Assembly (NCBI RefSeq): GCF_000143415.4
Contig: NW_003314391.1
Span: forward strand, 248,001-312,000
DNA: 64,000 nucleotides
Source: Selaginella moellendorffii
Taxonomy: Eukaryota > Plantae > Lycopodiophyta
Direction of reading: 5' to 3'
Shown here: piece by piece, positions 12,043 through 24,870 of the stretch
Position numbering within the stretch: the stretch's first letter is position 1
How the letters are laid out: every line of letters starts with the position of its first letter
The notes under the pieces: model-generated
Told to the model about the DNA's origin: nothing
What the model saw: only the letters and a program-made list of their open reading frames with translations
Databases searched by the model: none
Translations under genes and position numbers: made by a program

Positions 12043-14450
12043 ATGGCTGCTTTCTCGCCCCCGCCCAGACTCTTGCTGCTCAAGCCACTGTCGCTGTCCA
12101 ACGGCAGCACTCGTGTCGCGCCACCGCCGCCCTCTCTCGTGGCGTCTTGGAGATCATCCCTCCTCAAATCCAGAAACCAGGTAAAGTTTCGTCCCTTGTG
12201 CTGCTTGCTTGGTTTTCTAGCGAGAACCTTGTAGGTTACTCGCAATTCCATGGATATGGAGCAGCCGCTAGTCGATGGCGATGCTCCGCCAGATCGATTC
12301 AAGGAGACCAACTGGAGAGCTGTCATACTTCCGTAAGTCCACCTGTCTGTGGATTAAAATGTGAAGTCCATGTATCTTTTGGATGCTAGATTTTTGTTTC
12401 CAGCTCTGGGTGGGCTCTTGTTTGGCTATGATATTGGAGCAACCTCTGGAGCTTCCATATCTTTGACGGTAAGTTCGCTGTTGCCATTGCGGAGAAGGAA
12501 AAACGAGTCTAAAATATCTTCGGAATTGCTTGATTGCTTGCAGTCTCCAGAGCTGAGTGGCACAGATTGGTACCAGCTTACGTCGATTCAAACGGGGCTA
12601 GTGGTAAGTTTGTCAAGTTTTTTCTTTTTTCTTGGCAAGGAAACCTTTTTTCTTTTTCCAGGTGAGTGGGTCACTCTATGGAGCTTTGCTGGGATCCATT
12701 CTAGCATACAATGTCGCAGATAGGCTTGGTATGTTCATGCTTGTTTTTCTCTCAATTCCATTCAACTGTTTTCTTTTTTTCGTTTTGGTTTGTGAAGGAC
12801 GACGAAAGGAGCTTATCTCCGCTGCTGCTATATACTGCATTGGATCACTAGTCACAGGTCTAGCTCCAAACTTTCCTGTCATTCTCGCTGGAAGGCTGGC
12901 TTTTGGATTTGGCATTGGACTGGTGAGCAAACAAACACAAGTTTTCTCGAAATGTCCTGAGAAGTTTATTCATCTTTCTTTTCTCTCACCCAGGCAATGC
13001 ATGGAGCACCAATGTACATCTCCGAAACATCACCATCTAAAGTACGAGGGACACTTGTATCTCTGAAGGAAGCCTTCATAGTTCTTGGCATTTTGGTAAG
13101 CAAGCCACCACCTTCTTTCGTGTTTTAAGCCACTTTTTGCAGCTTGGATATCTAGCCGGCAGCGTAGAAATCTCCACTGTCGGAGGCTGGCGATGGATGT
13201 ACGCATTCGCGGCACCGATCGCGATCATCATGGGAATTGGGATGTGGTGGCTGCCACCATCGCCGCGATGGCTACTCTTGCGAGCGGTGCAAGGCAAAGG
13301 TGACATGAGCGAGCTCACGCGACAGGCGTGCGAGGCTTTCAAGAGGCTTGGAGGAGGATCAAGCAACATCACCCAAGAGGCTGTGGATTTGCAAGTGGAT
13401 GAAACTGTGAAGTCGCTGGAGAGCTTGAGCAGGGAATCTGAGAGCGCGCAGCAAAGCGTCTGGGAGTTGTTCCGAGGAGGCAACTTGAAAACTTTGACGA
13501 TTGGAACCGGCTTGGTCTTTTTCCAACAGGTTTGTTTTCTTTGTTCATGCTCAAGCAAAGTTTCATATTTTGTTCTGGTTTCTCTGGGATGTTTCTTTCA
13601 GGTGACTGGCCAGCCAAGCGTCCTATACTATGCAGCCACGATCCTCCAGGTGAGTGGCAGTATGTCCTTTAGTTTTCTTTATCGTTTTCTGAGTGAAACT
13701 TCGATCCAGAGTGCTGGATTTGCTGCTGCAACGGATGCAACACGAGTCTCGGTTCTACTGGGTGTTTTCAAGGTTTGTTTTTCTCTTATAACTTTCGCCG
13801 AAAAACTTCCAATTGTAACAGCTTGTAATGACTGGAGTTGCGGTTTTCAACGTTGATAAACTCGGACGAAGGCCTCTACTAATCGGTGGTGTCAGCGGCA
13901 TTGTAAAGTTTCTCGCTTTTCTCTACCTTTCCGTGAAGATCTAACACGAAAATCCCGCAGGTTGTGAGCTTGTTCATGCTGGCGGCTTTCTTTGTCTTCG
14001 GAAAGGGCCTCTCGTTTCTCGCAGTCATTGCGTTGCTTCTCTACGTTGGTTGCTACCAGGTAAATCCCCTGTGCATCTTGTGATCATGCGCTTCATCTAA
14101 CTTCTTGGAGCAAACAGATATCATTTGGCCCGATTTCATGGCTCATGATCTCGGAGATTTTCCCACTTAGAACACGGGGTCGAGCTCTCAGCATCTCGAC
14201 TCTTGTCAACTTCGCAGCCAATGCTTTAGTCGCACTGGCATACTCACCACTACAGGTAAAGAGCATTCTTTCTCGAAAGAAATAACCAATTAATCAAACC
14301 ACGCAGGAACTTTTGGGAGCGCCTCTGACTTTCGTGGGATTTGGAGTGATTGGAATCGTGGCGCTCGTCTTCATTGTTTCCACGGTCCCAGAGACGAAGG
14401 GACTAAGCCTGGAAGAGATAGAACAGCAGCTCTTCGCGAGTAAGCAGTGA
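12043..14450 (+). CDS. Plastid-targeted MFS sugar transporter (VGT/xylose-proton-symporter-like; pSuT/VGT3 type), multi-exon
   Basis: Transit-peptide-like exon 1; AVILPFLFPALGGLLFGYDIGATSGA, MHGAPMYISET, FFQQVTGQPSVLYYA, ISFGPISWLMISEIFPLRTRG, VPETKGLSLEEIE; many ~50-nt GT-AG introns. Confidence 0.93.
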
Positions 14451-14605
14451 GTGATATAATGTCATCTGAAAGTATACAATCTAACTTTTCCATCTTTTGT
14501 TTTGATGGAAAGCTTGTAAACAAGAAGCTCTGTGCAGTGATCCTTTGAGACAGATATTTACACTTCCATCGCTAGAACCTTCCTCCAAAAACTGATCCCA
14601 AAAAA

Positions 14606-16118
14606 CTAGAATAGAGATATTGGGCTGACCTTGAATTCTTCGCGTTTGTTTTCTTGGAGCTCGATCTTCATGCTCTTCGTTTTCACCGTGCTCCAAGTTT
14701 GGTGCCGCTGGATCAGCAACAATCTCTTCTCCCTGGCACACATCACACGCATCGATTCAATCCAAAAACTTGACTGCAAAGTTATCCCACCTTGTTCCTG
14801 TTGACATCCCACGTAAAGGCAAACTCGTCCTCTTTTTCAGCAGCAACAGCAATATCTTTCAGAACATCTTCCGAAAGGTTCTCGTACTCCTTCAAATCTG
14901 CAAACGAAAAACTCAGTCGAAGGATGCAACGAGCTAAAACAGATTCACCTCTGTCGCTGACTTGCGATAAACGCCGCGGATTTTGACGTCCTTCTCTGTT
15001 GTACTTGTTCCTGATCTGTCTGCGTGACTTGCCAGGTATTAGCCGCTGGATTCAGTCCCAAACCGCTCAACAGCCTGCAAGAAAAATAACTTGATAAGAA
15101 AGAAAAAACCTCGGAGGCTCCTTACCTTGTAGAAGAGTTCCGTCTCTTCACGCCTCCATCTCTCGTTGGCTGCGGTGCTGGTTCGGAAGTTCACCTTCCT
15201 GTGCGTTTCGTCTATGCGCCTGTAAGTTGCAGGGTCCTCCTCATTCAAGGCCCTGGCATCTATCGTCAAACTTTTGGGATCGATGGCAATGCTCCCGTTG
15301 ATGATCCTCACTTGTGGAACAACGTTTACTCTGTGCAATCCAAGAAAACAATCTTATCGATACACAAGAGCATCTTATGTCTCAGCTACTTACTCCTTCT
15401 GTATTCTCGTGACAGGAATACTCTCTTCCGGCTTTTGAACTTTTTCCTTTTTCTCCTGAACAGAACCAAGATCACAGTAAGAAAGTTTTCAGAAACTAGA
15501 GCCACGAAGTGTCCTACTTTCTTCATCCTCTTCCTTTGTTCCGCTTCCGTGATTTTAATGAAATCTCTCAAGGAAGTCTCTTTGATTAATGTCGGCAAGT
15601 CGATACTCACAGCTGGATGTACAATCAAAACCACGTCAAAAGGAAACGTAGGATTTTTCTACCTGGCTCTTGTTTCTTGCGTGAAACCGACCGCTTGTTT
15701 CTCTTTGCCTTTGAACACTCGGTGGTACAAGTTTCAGTGCGCTAAAACACAAGAGGAGAGGAAAAGTAAAACAAAGAAACACCGATGATGGTATAACCAG
15801 ATCTGGCACTGGAGCCGGCGGTGCCAAAGTTGGCACTGGTGCTTCTTGCAGAGATAGAGGTTCTTCGCACTGATGATCGACTATTGCATCCAATTCCACC
15901 TCGCTCAAAGTTTCGAGAGGGATTTCTGGATCTTTCTTCTCGGGCACTCTCTCCCGTTTTGATTTCGCATTCTCTACGAGGTCGGAGCTTCAGTTTTGGA
16001 TGAAAGGCGGAAGCGCGACTAGCTACAAAAAATAGTCATTCTCCCATGAAGACCTAGCGCAGCGCTACATACCATTGAGCGCCGCGCCCGCCTCGAGCGC
16101 TTGCAACGTCGCCAGCAT
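14606..16118 (-). pseudogene. BDP1: BDP1 (TFIIIB B'') SANT-domain gene, frameshifted near 15052
   Basis: FHPKLKLRPR N-terminal motif, VPQVRIINGSIAIDPKSL and ERWRREETELFYKAVERFGT. The frame then shifts into IQRLIPGKSRRQIRNKYNREGRQNP; the DFSM-type residues are deleted. Confidence 0.75.
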
Positions 16119-16386
16119 TGCGCCCAAGAACCCTAAACCCTTGAAGAGGCGGGAACTGAATCCTATGTGGCAACAAAACATGTCAAATAATAAATATATC
16201 CCACGTTATTGGACAACATGATCCGATGATCCACGCGGTGTGAACTCCATTTTCCAGATCTCCTCCGCTTTGATATCTTTGACTTTAACCATCAATCATG
16301 CTATTTCCTATTATTTTTCAACCTTTTCTCGCCAGCGGAGTTCTCCATAGATGTTCTTCGCGCTCATCAGATAGATTCCGCGACGA

Positions 16387-18343
16387 ATGAGAATGTTTCT
16401 CGCCCTTGCTCTTGCTACCCCGCTGCTGCTGCTGGCGGACGCGTTTCCTCCGGATCCAGCTTTTTGCGACGACTCTGGAGATTGTTTCATCACCAATGCC
16501 TATGGGACATGGAACACCAGACAGGTAAATTCATCACCTCTCCAGAGAAAACCATTCTTGTCATGATCGATTCAATCCAAAAGGTTTGCAAAGTTTCTCA
16601 GATCGTGTATCCATCCAACGAGGAGGAGCTCCTGGAAGCCGTGGGCTATGGAGCCAAGAACAAGCTCAAGATGAAAGCCGTGACCAAGTCTAGTCACAGC
16701 CTTCCTCCACTGGCATGCCCAGGAGATGGCGGCGCCGCTGGCCTCCTCGCCATTAGCACCGCCAACTACAGCCGCGGGATTGCCGTGGACGTGGCGTCCA
16801 AGGCAGTGGAAGTGGATGGCGGCGCACAGCTCCAGGCGGTGCTCGACGAGGCCGCGCGGCATGGCCTGGCACTGGCGACGTCTCCCTATTGGAATGGCCT
16901 CTCCGTCGCTGGAATCCTCAGCACTGGATCCCATGGGAGCTCCTGGCGTGGCAAAGGAGGAGCTCTCCATGATCACGTCCTCAAGCTTCGCATGGTGGTA
17001 CCGTCCGGGAAGAATTCCTCCTCTTCTTCCTCACACAACGAGTTTGCGAAGATCGTCACTCTCACCCCGGCGATGGCGATCTCTTCTACGCCGCGATCGT
17101 CTCACTTGGAACGATGGGAGTCATCTCGAAGGTCCTTTCTCACTCGAGCTCTCGATTTTCTTCTTGATCTGGCACTGGCATCTTCGCGATCGATCAATTC
17201 TATCCATTATAGGTGACGCTGGAGCTGGAGCCCATGTTTAAGCGATCGGTCACCAACGTGGGAACCTCCGACGTGGGCCTGGAAGACAAGATCGTGGCGT
17301 TTGGGAACGAGCACGAATTCGGCGACGTGATCTGGTACCCGTCCAAGCGAGAGGCCGTCTACCGGATCGACGATCGCGTCCCTGTCGACATACCCGGCGA
17401 TGGAGTCAATGATTTCATCGGCTTCCAGCCCACATTGGCGCCTGCCATCGTCGCCCAAAGAGCTCTCGGTAAGAACCTTAGCCAGGATTCCTAAAACTAA
17501 TGCTTATCGATCCCGACAGAGGAGACGCTGGAGGCGACGCGATCCTCCATTGGCAAGTGCAGCGCATCACAGACACAAGTATCGCTACTCCAAAGCCTGG
17601 GCTACGGCCTCAAGAACACACGTAGCCTAGGGCTCTTCACGGGCTACCCAGTGGTGGGATTCCAGCACAAAATCCAGACCGCCGGTGGCTGCCAAGATTC
17701 CGCGTCGAGGCTGCTCATCTGTGGCTGGGATTCCGCCAGGAATGCGCTCTTCTACCTCGAATCAGGCATCACAATCCCAGCCCAGAGCATCGCGGCCTTC
17801 ATCGCGGACGTGAAGCATCTGAGAGATTCCCACCCAGATGCCGGGGCGTTGTGTGGGATCGACCTCTACACCGGTGTCCTTTTGCGCTACGTGGCCGCAT
17901 CGCGGGCGTTGCTCGGCAAGCCATTCGACGGGGTGGATGTGGGGCTTACGTACTACCGGTCACGAAATGGGAGTGTCCCGCGGCTCAACATGGACGTGTG
18001 GCAAGAGGTGGAACAAATGGCCATTTCTAAGTACGGAGGCGTTCCTCACTGGGGGAAAAACACACCGGTCACCTTCTCGAATCTTGGGACTGGCAGCTCT
18101 CCAGTGCTGGAGAGATTTGTGGGAGCGATGAGGAGGATGGATCCAGATGGGCTCTTCTCCAGCACCTGGAGCGATCGACTTCTTGGCATCCAAGCTTTTG
18201 GAACTGTAATGGCAGCTGGGTGTGCATTAGAGGGTTTGTGCATTTGCGCAAGGGATGAGCATTGCGCACCAGAAAAAAGTTATTACTGTCGGCCAAGGAG
18301 AGTTTTCACAGCTGCTATGGTGTGCAGATATGAAAATGCTTGA
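16387..18343 (+). pseudogene. Second GULLO-like gene (inverted duplicate) with a single 1-bp frameshift at 17065-17068
   Basis: Same 4-exon structure and near-identical sequence to 9645-11632, including introns. Has C4 where the intact copy has C5 (ACC CCC GGC). Otherwise open. Confidence 0.8.
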
Positions 18344-18573
18344 TTACACCAAGGACTGATCAAACAAAAGTATAGCAATTTTGTTGTTGAGTAGTAATTA
18401 ATATCTTAAAAGTTATGGTTTACATAGCCCATTAACATATGGCAATGAATATGTGATTGTGCATGCCTATATTATATGCTATATATTTACATATGTGTGG
18501 ATTTAGTCTTTTTCATTTTGAGTTGCATGCAAAAATATTATGCACACAAACACTATATAACCAATTGAAATGT

Positions 18574-21500
18574 TGTGAGGGCCAAGTGTACGGCTACGAT
18601 GCCGTATACTAATATTAGCGTAGTGGGATTTTGGTAGCCGTCGGATTGGTTTCAATCCGGACCACTCTCTCCTGTATATAAGCTAGGGTTTTTGGACTAA
18701 TTTATATGCACATTTCTGTATTCCCTTTCCATATTCCAAACTCTCACATTGGTGGAGTTGAGGGGCACTTTTGATTGTCCCTGGGGAGTGCTTGGATTTG
18801 GGATTTCGGTTTAAATTTAGCTTTTGCATTGTCTAGATCTAGCTTTTTCCATTTCCTTTCTTTTGTTCTTTCCTTTCAGGATTTTGGTTTAGATCTAGCT
18901 TTTTATATTGTCTAAATCTACCATTTCTTTCCAGCTTTTTGTCATTTCTCTTCTTTTGCTCTTTCTTTTTCATTCATCTTCATGGCCGATCTGCAATCTC
19001 CTCCTTTGACTCTAGAGCAGTAGTTGGTTCAATTGCTTGATACTATGCGCTTGCAATTGAACAACCAAACTCAGTTGATGGCAGCGTTCACGGCACATGG
19101 TACAACTCCTCCTGCTCTTGGTGCCAATCCTTGCGTTCGGCCGGAGTTCTTTCGTGAGAATCCTGGGGATGATGTGTATCATTGGTTTGATCACTTCACG
19201 GTGATTGCCACATATCATTCTTGGGATGATGCTTGACGTTTGCGTGAGTTCCCCACATGTCTCCAAGGAACGGCACTGCAGTGGTACAATGGATTGAGCG
19301 CAGTCACTTGTGGCGATTGGAGTGTTCTTCCAGACGTCTTCAAACGCGCCTTCGGACACGCCGACGATTGTGATGATGCCTTCCAACAATTGCATCGTCT
19401 TCGCCAAGGGCCATCTGAGTTGGTGATGCAATTTAGCGTTCGTTTCCGAAGTCTTTTGCTTCGTGCGGAGCCAAATATGTCAGAGCGGATCAAGCTAGGA
19501 ATGTTGTGGCCAACACTTCGTCAAGATCTTGTCGGACTTATGCATGCACTTGCTCCTGCCACTCTTGACGATGCTCTTCGCTTGGCACAACATTATGAGA
19601 CGTCGCCTCTTCCACTTCTTGCTACACGTCCTTCAGCTCCACTTCCTATGAGTGATGGTCCTGTTCCCATGGAGGTTGATGCTACTGCTACTCGAGTCCA
19701 AGGACAAGGGCGAGGACGTGGTCGTGGCCGTGATGTTCGTTATTGGGCGTGTGATGAAGTTGGTCATACTTATCGGCGTTGTTGGCGCTTTCCGGATTGG
19801 CGACCTCCATTTCCTGGGTGGAGACCTTGGCGTCAGCAACGTCCCATTGGTGCTGCTGCGATGGAAGGTTTGGATACCGAGGTGCATTCAGGAAATGAGG
19901 AGTCGCGCGAGTAATGGAGGGACCTTGTGCGAATAAGTTAGTGACCCCTCCATCTTTCTTTCGGGAGTATCATCAAGGGGTTCACTCAGCACCGGTTCAT
20001 CTAGTGTTTACTTTCCAAGCTCGTTTCTATAACAAGAGGTCTCCTATTCTTCTCTCCGTGTTGGTTGATACAAGTTCGAGTTTATCTTCTATTGCTCAAC
20101 CTGTTGCCACACGTTGTCGTCTACACTTGCATCGTGCGGCGGATCCAGTTTTCATTCTTTATGGCAACGGCCGTACACATGCATGTGCACGAGATGAGGC
20201 AGACCTGGTTGTGCGTGTGGGCGATCTCGAGCTTGAGATGCAGTCGTTGCGGGTGGTGCCGAGTCAAGCTTTTGACCTCATTCTTGGTATGGATTGGTTG
20301 CAGCGCAATCATGCCAAGTGTGACTTTGAGGCTTCTCCCCCTTGTCTCATACTTCCTTATGTTTCACCCATTCCTCTCACTTCCATACCTCTTCGTCCCT
20401 CTATTTTTACCTCTGCTTCCATTACTTTTGTTCCCCCACTATTTCCTCTTGTGTTTCCATCTTGTTCTGCTCTTCCCTTTTCCGATCCCTCTGATGATCT
20501 TTGTGTTGCAGCTGTTGACTAGCTCATGAAGGAGTATTTTGATCTCTTTGAATTTGACCTATCATCTGGGGCCAAGATTGCCACACGTCATCCCATTCCA
20601 ACCAGGGATGCTTGTCCAATCAAGGTTCCTGTTCGTCGTCGGTCACCCAAGGAGATCAAGATTTTACATGCAAACGTCAAGGAGATGTTGGAGAAGGGTG
20701 TTATTCGGAAGTCGCGGAGTCCTTGGGCATGTGAACCTCATTTTGTGACGAAGCCTGATGGGAGTATTCGTTTCTGCATCGACTATCGTCCGTTAAATGA
20801 AGTGACGATCCCGGACGTGTACCCTCTTCCTCACACTGCTGATCTCTTGGATCGTCTGGGGCGAAGTCGTTGGTTCACCAAGCTAGATTTTGCTTCTGGG
20901 TATTGGCAAGTACCGATGGCCGAAGAAGATATTCCTAAGACTGCTATTCGTACACCATTTGGTTTGTACGAGTTCTTGGTGATGCCGTTTGGTTTGAACA
21001 ATGCTCCAGCAACTTTTCAGCGGATGATGGACGAGGTTCTTTGCGATATGCCGGAGGTGACAGTTGACTTCATTGATGATGTCTTGATCCACTCGGAGGG
21101 GACGTGGGAAGAGCACGTTCGTGATGTTTGTAAAGTGTTGGATCGGCTACGCGACGTTGGTTTAAAGCTGAAGTGGTCAAAGTGCGTGTTTGGGTCCAAG
21201 GACACAACTTATCTTGGGTACCGTATTTCTCGTGAGGGTTTGCAAGTTGATCCTGACAAACTTGTGGCTATTCTAAAGTTCCCTACTCCGAAGTGTGTGA
21301 ATGATGTGCAGCGTTTTTTGGGTAAGGTGCAGTATCTCGGTCATTTTTTGGATCATCTTTCCGATCGCACTACACCATTGCGAGCGTTGCTGAAGTCATC
21401 AACGTCATCTTTCATCTGGTCTCCGGATTGTGAGCGGGCGTTCGTGAATCTCAAAGAGCTATTGACGACTCCTCCGGTTTTGGCATATCCTGACTACACT

Positions 21501-23448
21501 CGACCTTTTATTTTGCGCGTGGATGCTTCTGACATTGGTCTTGGAGGTGTGTTGATGCAAGAGAGCTCAAGTGTGCCTGGTCAGCGCCATCCCATTGCAT
21601 ACATAAGCCGTACATTACAACCAGCGGAGATGAACTACTCTACGATGGAGAAGGAGTGTTTAGCAGCAGTCTAGGGTTTCGAGAAACTTCATGCATATCT
21701 ACATGGTTCTCGGACGTTACTTGAAGGTGACCATGCTGCTGTTACTTCATTATTGAAGCGGAAGAACCTGGTTGATCGTACGGCTCGATGGGCTTTGAAG
21801 CTTCAGATATATGATTTCGATGTTGTTCATCGCCCAGGGAGTTCTATGCCTGATGCTGATGCCCTTTCTCGAGCTCCTCTTCCTTCTCCACTCACTTCTC
21901 ATGTTTTTGACGAACCTGTTGTTCCAGCATCTGTGGATTTTCTAGATGAGGATTCTGTGCCGTCAGCGGTTGCTTTCCTTGACGTTCAGTGTCCACAGGG
22001 CGCAGAGCAAGATCTACCTTCTCTTGATGAGGTTCGCGAAGCTCAAAAGATTGAGCCGTGGATTCGAAGGCTTCGAGATGGGTTTGAGAATGCTGCATCA
22101 CTTGCTGATGACTTGCCTTTCCGGCATTTACATTCTCAATATCGCCTTGAAGATGGCCTTCTTTATTTTGTGGGGACGGATCCTGATGATCATTTACGGT
22201 TAGTGGTGCCTTCGGTGTTTATTCTGCGGTTTCTCCATGCCTACCATGATTCTCCTGTTCTAGGTGGGCATATGGGACACCGTCGTGTCACCGAGAAGCT
22301 GCGCAGGTCTTTCTATTGACCAGAGATGCGACGTGGTATTATCCGGTATGTGCATAGCTGCGTTTGGTGCCAAACTCGTAATACTCCCCCTTGTGCTACG
22401 GAAGGACGGTTGGAGTCAATTGCAATTTCCCGTCCGTTTGAGTTGGTGGCGTTTGATCTTATGGGACCTTTTCCACGATCGACTGCTGGCAATGAGTATG
22501 TTATTATTTCTTCTGACTACTTGACTCGTTGGGTGGAAGTTGGTGCTCTTGCTAGTGCCTTTGCAACTGCTGTTGGATACTTCCTCCTCAATCGAGTGGT
22601 GTTCCAGCATTCTTGTCCAGAGCGGATTCTTTCGGATAATGGTCCTGCATTTATGGCTGAGGTATTTCATGTTTTGACATCTTGGTTGGGGATACGCCAC
22701 ACTTTTACGAGTGCTTATCATCCACAATCAGACGGTCTGGTGGAACGGCTTGTTCGGACATTCAAAGGGATGATTGCGAAGTATGTGAACTTTCAACATT
22801 CGGATTGGGATGGTTATTTGCCTTCTCTTCGGTATGCATATGTCACAGGGGTGCAGAGTTCTGTTGGTGTTTCACCATATAAACTTCTATATGGTCATGA
22901 TCCAATATTACCAACAGAGCTGAGTTTACCTTTGTCCACATGCGGAGTACAAAGTGGATGATTTGGTGTTAGTCCGTTTTCCCCATCTTACGGTACGTGG
23001 TTTATCTAAGGGGCTCCTTGCGCAGTGGAAAGGACCGTATCGGGTGTTGTGGCAAGTTAGACCACAAGTTTATGAGGTTCGGCATGACGTTCAGCAGGCC
23101 GATCCTCCGAAGATTGTGCATGTGCAGCGGTTAAAACGCTTCATACAAAGGGATCAGGAGCAGTTAATACCGTCTACAGATCCGCCAATGCCTCCTCCTG
23201 ACATTCCTCCAGATCCCGGCCCATCTACAAGAGAACCCTGACGGCCTTCCATTATTCCGAGAGGAGGGGATGATGTGAGGGCCAAGTGTACGGCTACGAT
23301 GCTGTATACTAATATTAGCGTAGTGGGATTTTGGTAGCCGTCGGATTGGTTTTAATCCGGACCACTTGCTCTTGTATATAAGCTAGGGTTTTTGGGCTAA
23401 TTGATATTCACATTTTTGTATTCCCTTTCCATATTCCAAGCTCTCACA
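18574..23448 (+). mobile_element. Full-length small Ty3/Gypsy LTR retrotransposon without chromodomain (decayed)
   Basis: 175-bp LTRs at 18574-18748 and 23274-23448 (TGTGAG...CTCACA); TSD ATGT; PBS 18750-18765; PPT 23259-23270. gag 18982-19914; PR-RT (FIDDV)-RH-INT 19914-23241. Several in-frame stops and an internal deletion near 22940. Confidence 0.95.
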
Positions 23449-23701
23449 ATGTGATAATATTTTTTTCATAGGATATGCTATGTATGGATGGGGCATAACA
23501 TTTCAGATTGTCATGTAAAACTAATATCACATCATCTCATACAATATGACATCACCATGAATTTAGTGATGTTTTTTTTCCTTCTCAATTTTATATTATT
23601 GAGTGCAAATTTCTGATCTCTTAATTGTGACCATCTTTCTTGTAATTATATTTTTATTTCTTATGGCTTAGAAGTGTATCACCCTAATATAACCACCATG
23701 C

Positions 23702-24870
23702 TTTAATTGCTATTGCAAGTGCCTCACATTTCTTGTGGCTTATTTGTGGTTTAGCACATTAATTTAGGTTAGTACAGAGGTGAACACAATCAGTTGGAGA
23801 GCAAAGGTGAGAACAAAGCTTTTCTTTGGGTTCTTAGAGTGTTGAGTATGGTAGTGCTTTTAGCAAACAAGTGGATCATGCTATAGTTGCAATTTTATTG
23901 ATTTCTTGTGTTCTTAATCACATGCATAGCTTTTTGGAATTGTAGTGGTTTATTTCATTTAACACATGGCAAAGCTAATGTAAGCCTTTCTTTTCTTGGA
24001 TTTTTGCTTCTTCACTCATGATTTATGGTTGTTTCAGTGATTGTGTTGGGTGAGCGAGCAATATTATAATGTAACATTTGCATGTAAGTAAGTAATTAAT
24101 TTATGTTCATTCCTTTCCAATACACATGCTAATATGTGTGTTTTCCATTTTAGATTCTTTCAATGGCTAAAGCATATTTGGTACATAGTTGTAATATGGC
24201 AATCTACTAACTTATTGGGAGCAACAACAAGCTTAGCTAAAATCCAGCTTATGTGCTGAAAAATTGCAAACCCAAAGTTTAAACCCTACTGATATGTTAT
24301 AAAACCTGATGCTAGTCAAAATTTATGCAGCACAAAATATTATATATGTAGAGCTAAATTATATGGCAAACACCAATGTATAGTCATATGTTAAACAAGT
24401 TGTGTTCAAAATATTATTTTGTGAGTCACACATAAGTGTTACAATATACATTGGTTTTTATTTTATATATTTTATAGGCTTGTATAATTTTTTGCCAAAC
24501 TACCCACCTCAGGTATTTCCCTTTTTAGGAGGTGTACCTTTTCCTTAAAACTGCCATCACAAACTACTTACCATAGAAACTATTATAAAAAAATAAATAT
24601 TGTAATATATATAATGATTTTAAAACCTTATATAGATATAAAACTAGGGTAAATGTAAAAAATTTCATAAAAATAATTATAATTAAATAATAATAATATA
24701 TATTATGGAGAAAATATGTTTAGCTCTGGTCATGGAGGTGAGCAACAAATAACATGCCCATCATTATTTTTTACAAGTTTATTAAGTTTAAATTCCATCC
24801 TTGAGAATCATTACAAATTAAATTATTTTCTTTTCTTTCTGGATAAAAAGTACAATCTAAAATTTCATAA
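23702..24870. repeat. ~1.17-kb direct repeat, copy 1 (copy 2 at ~28405-29583)
   Basis: Colinear, high-identity AT-rich sequence in both places. Confidence 0.9.
24703..24870 (-). pseudogene. 3' fragment of a cyanovirin-N-like gene, cut by a retrotransposon LTR
   Basis: Reverse complement matches the 3' half of 30249-30608; similarity ends at the LTR beginning at 24871. Confidence 0.7.

Noticed and set aside
14606-16118. Functional link between the BDP1 (TFIIIB) copy and the Pol III signals in nearby retroelements
   Set aside because: The gene is frameshifted and 9-30 kb away; proximity alone is not evidence.
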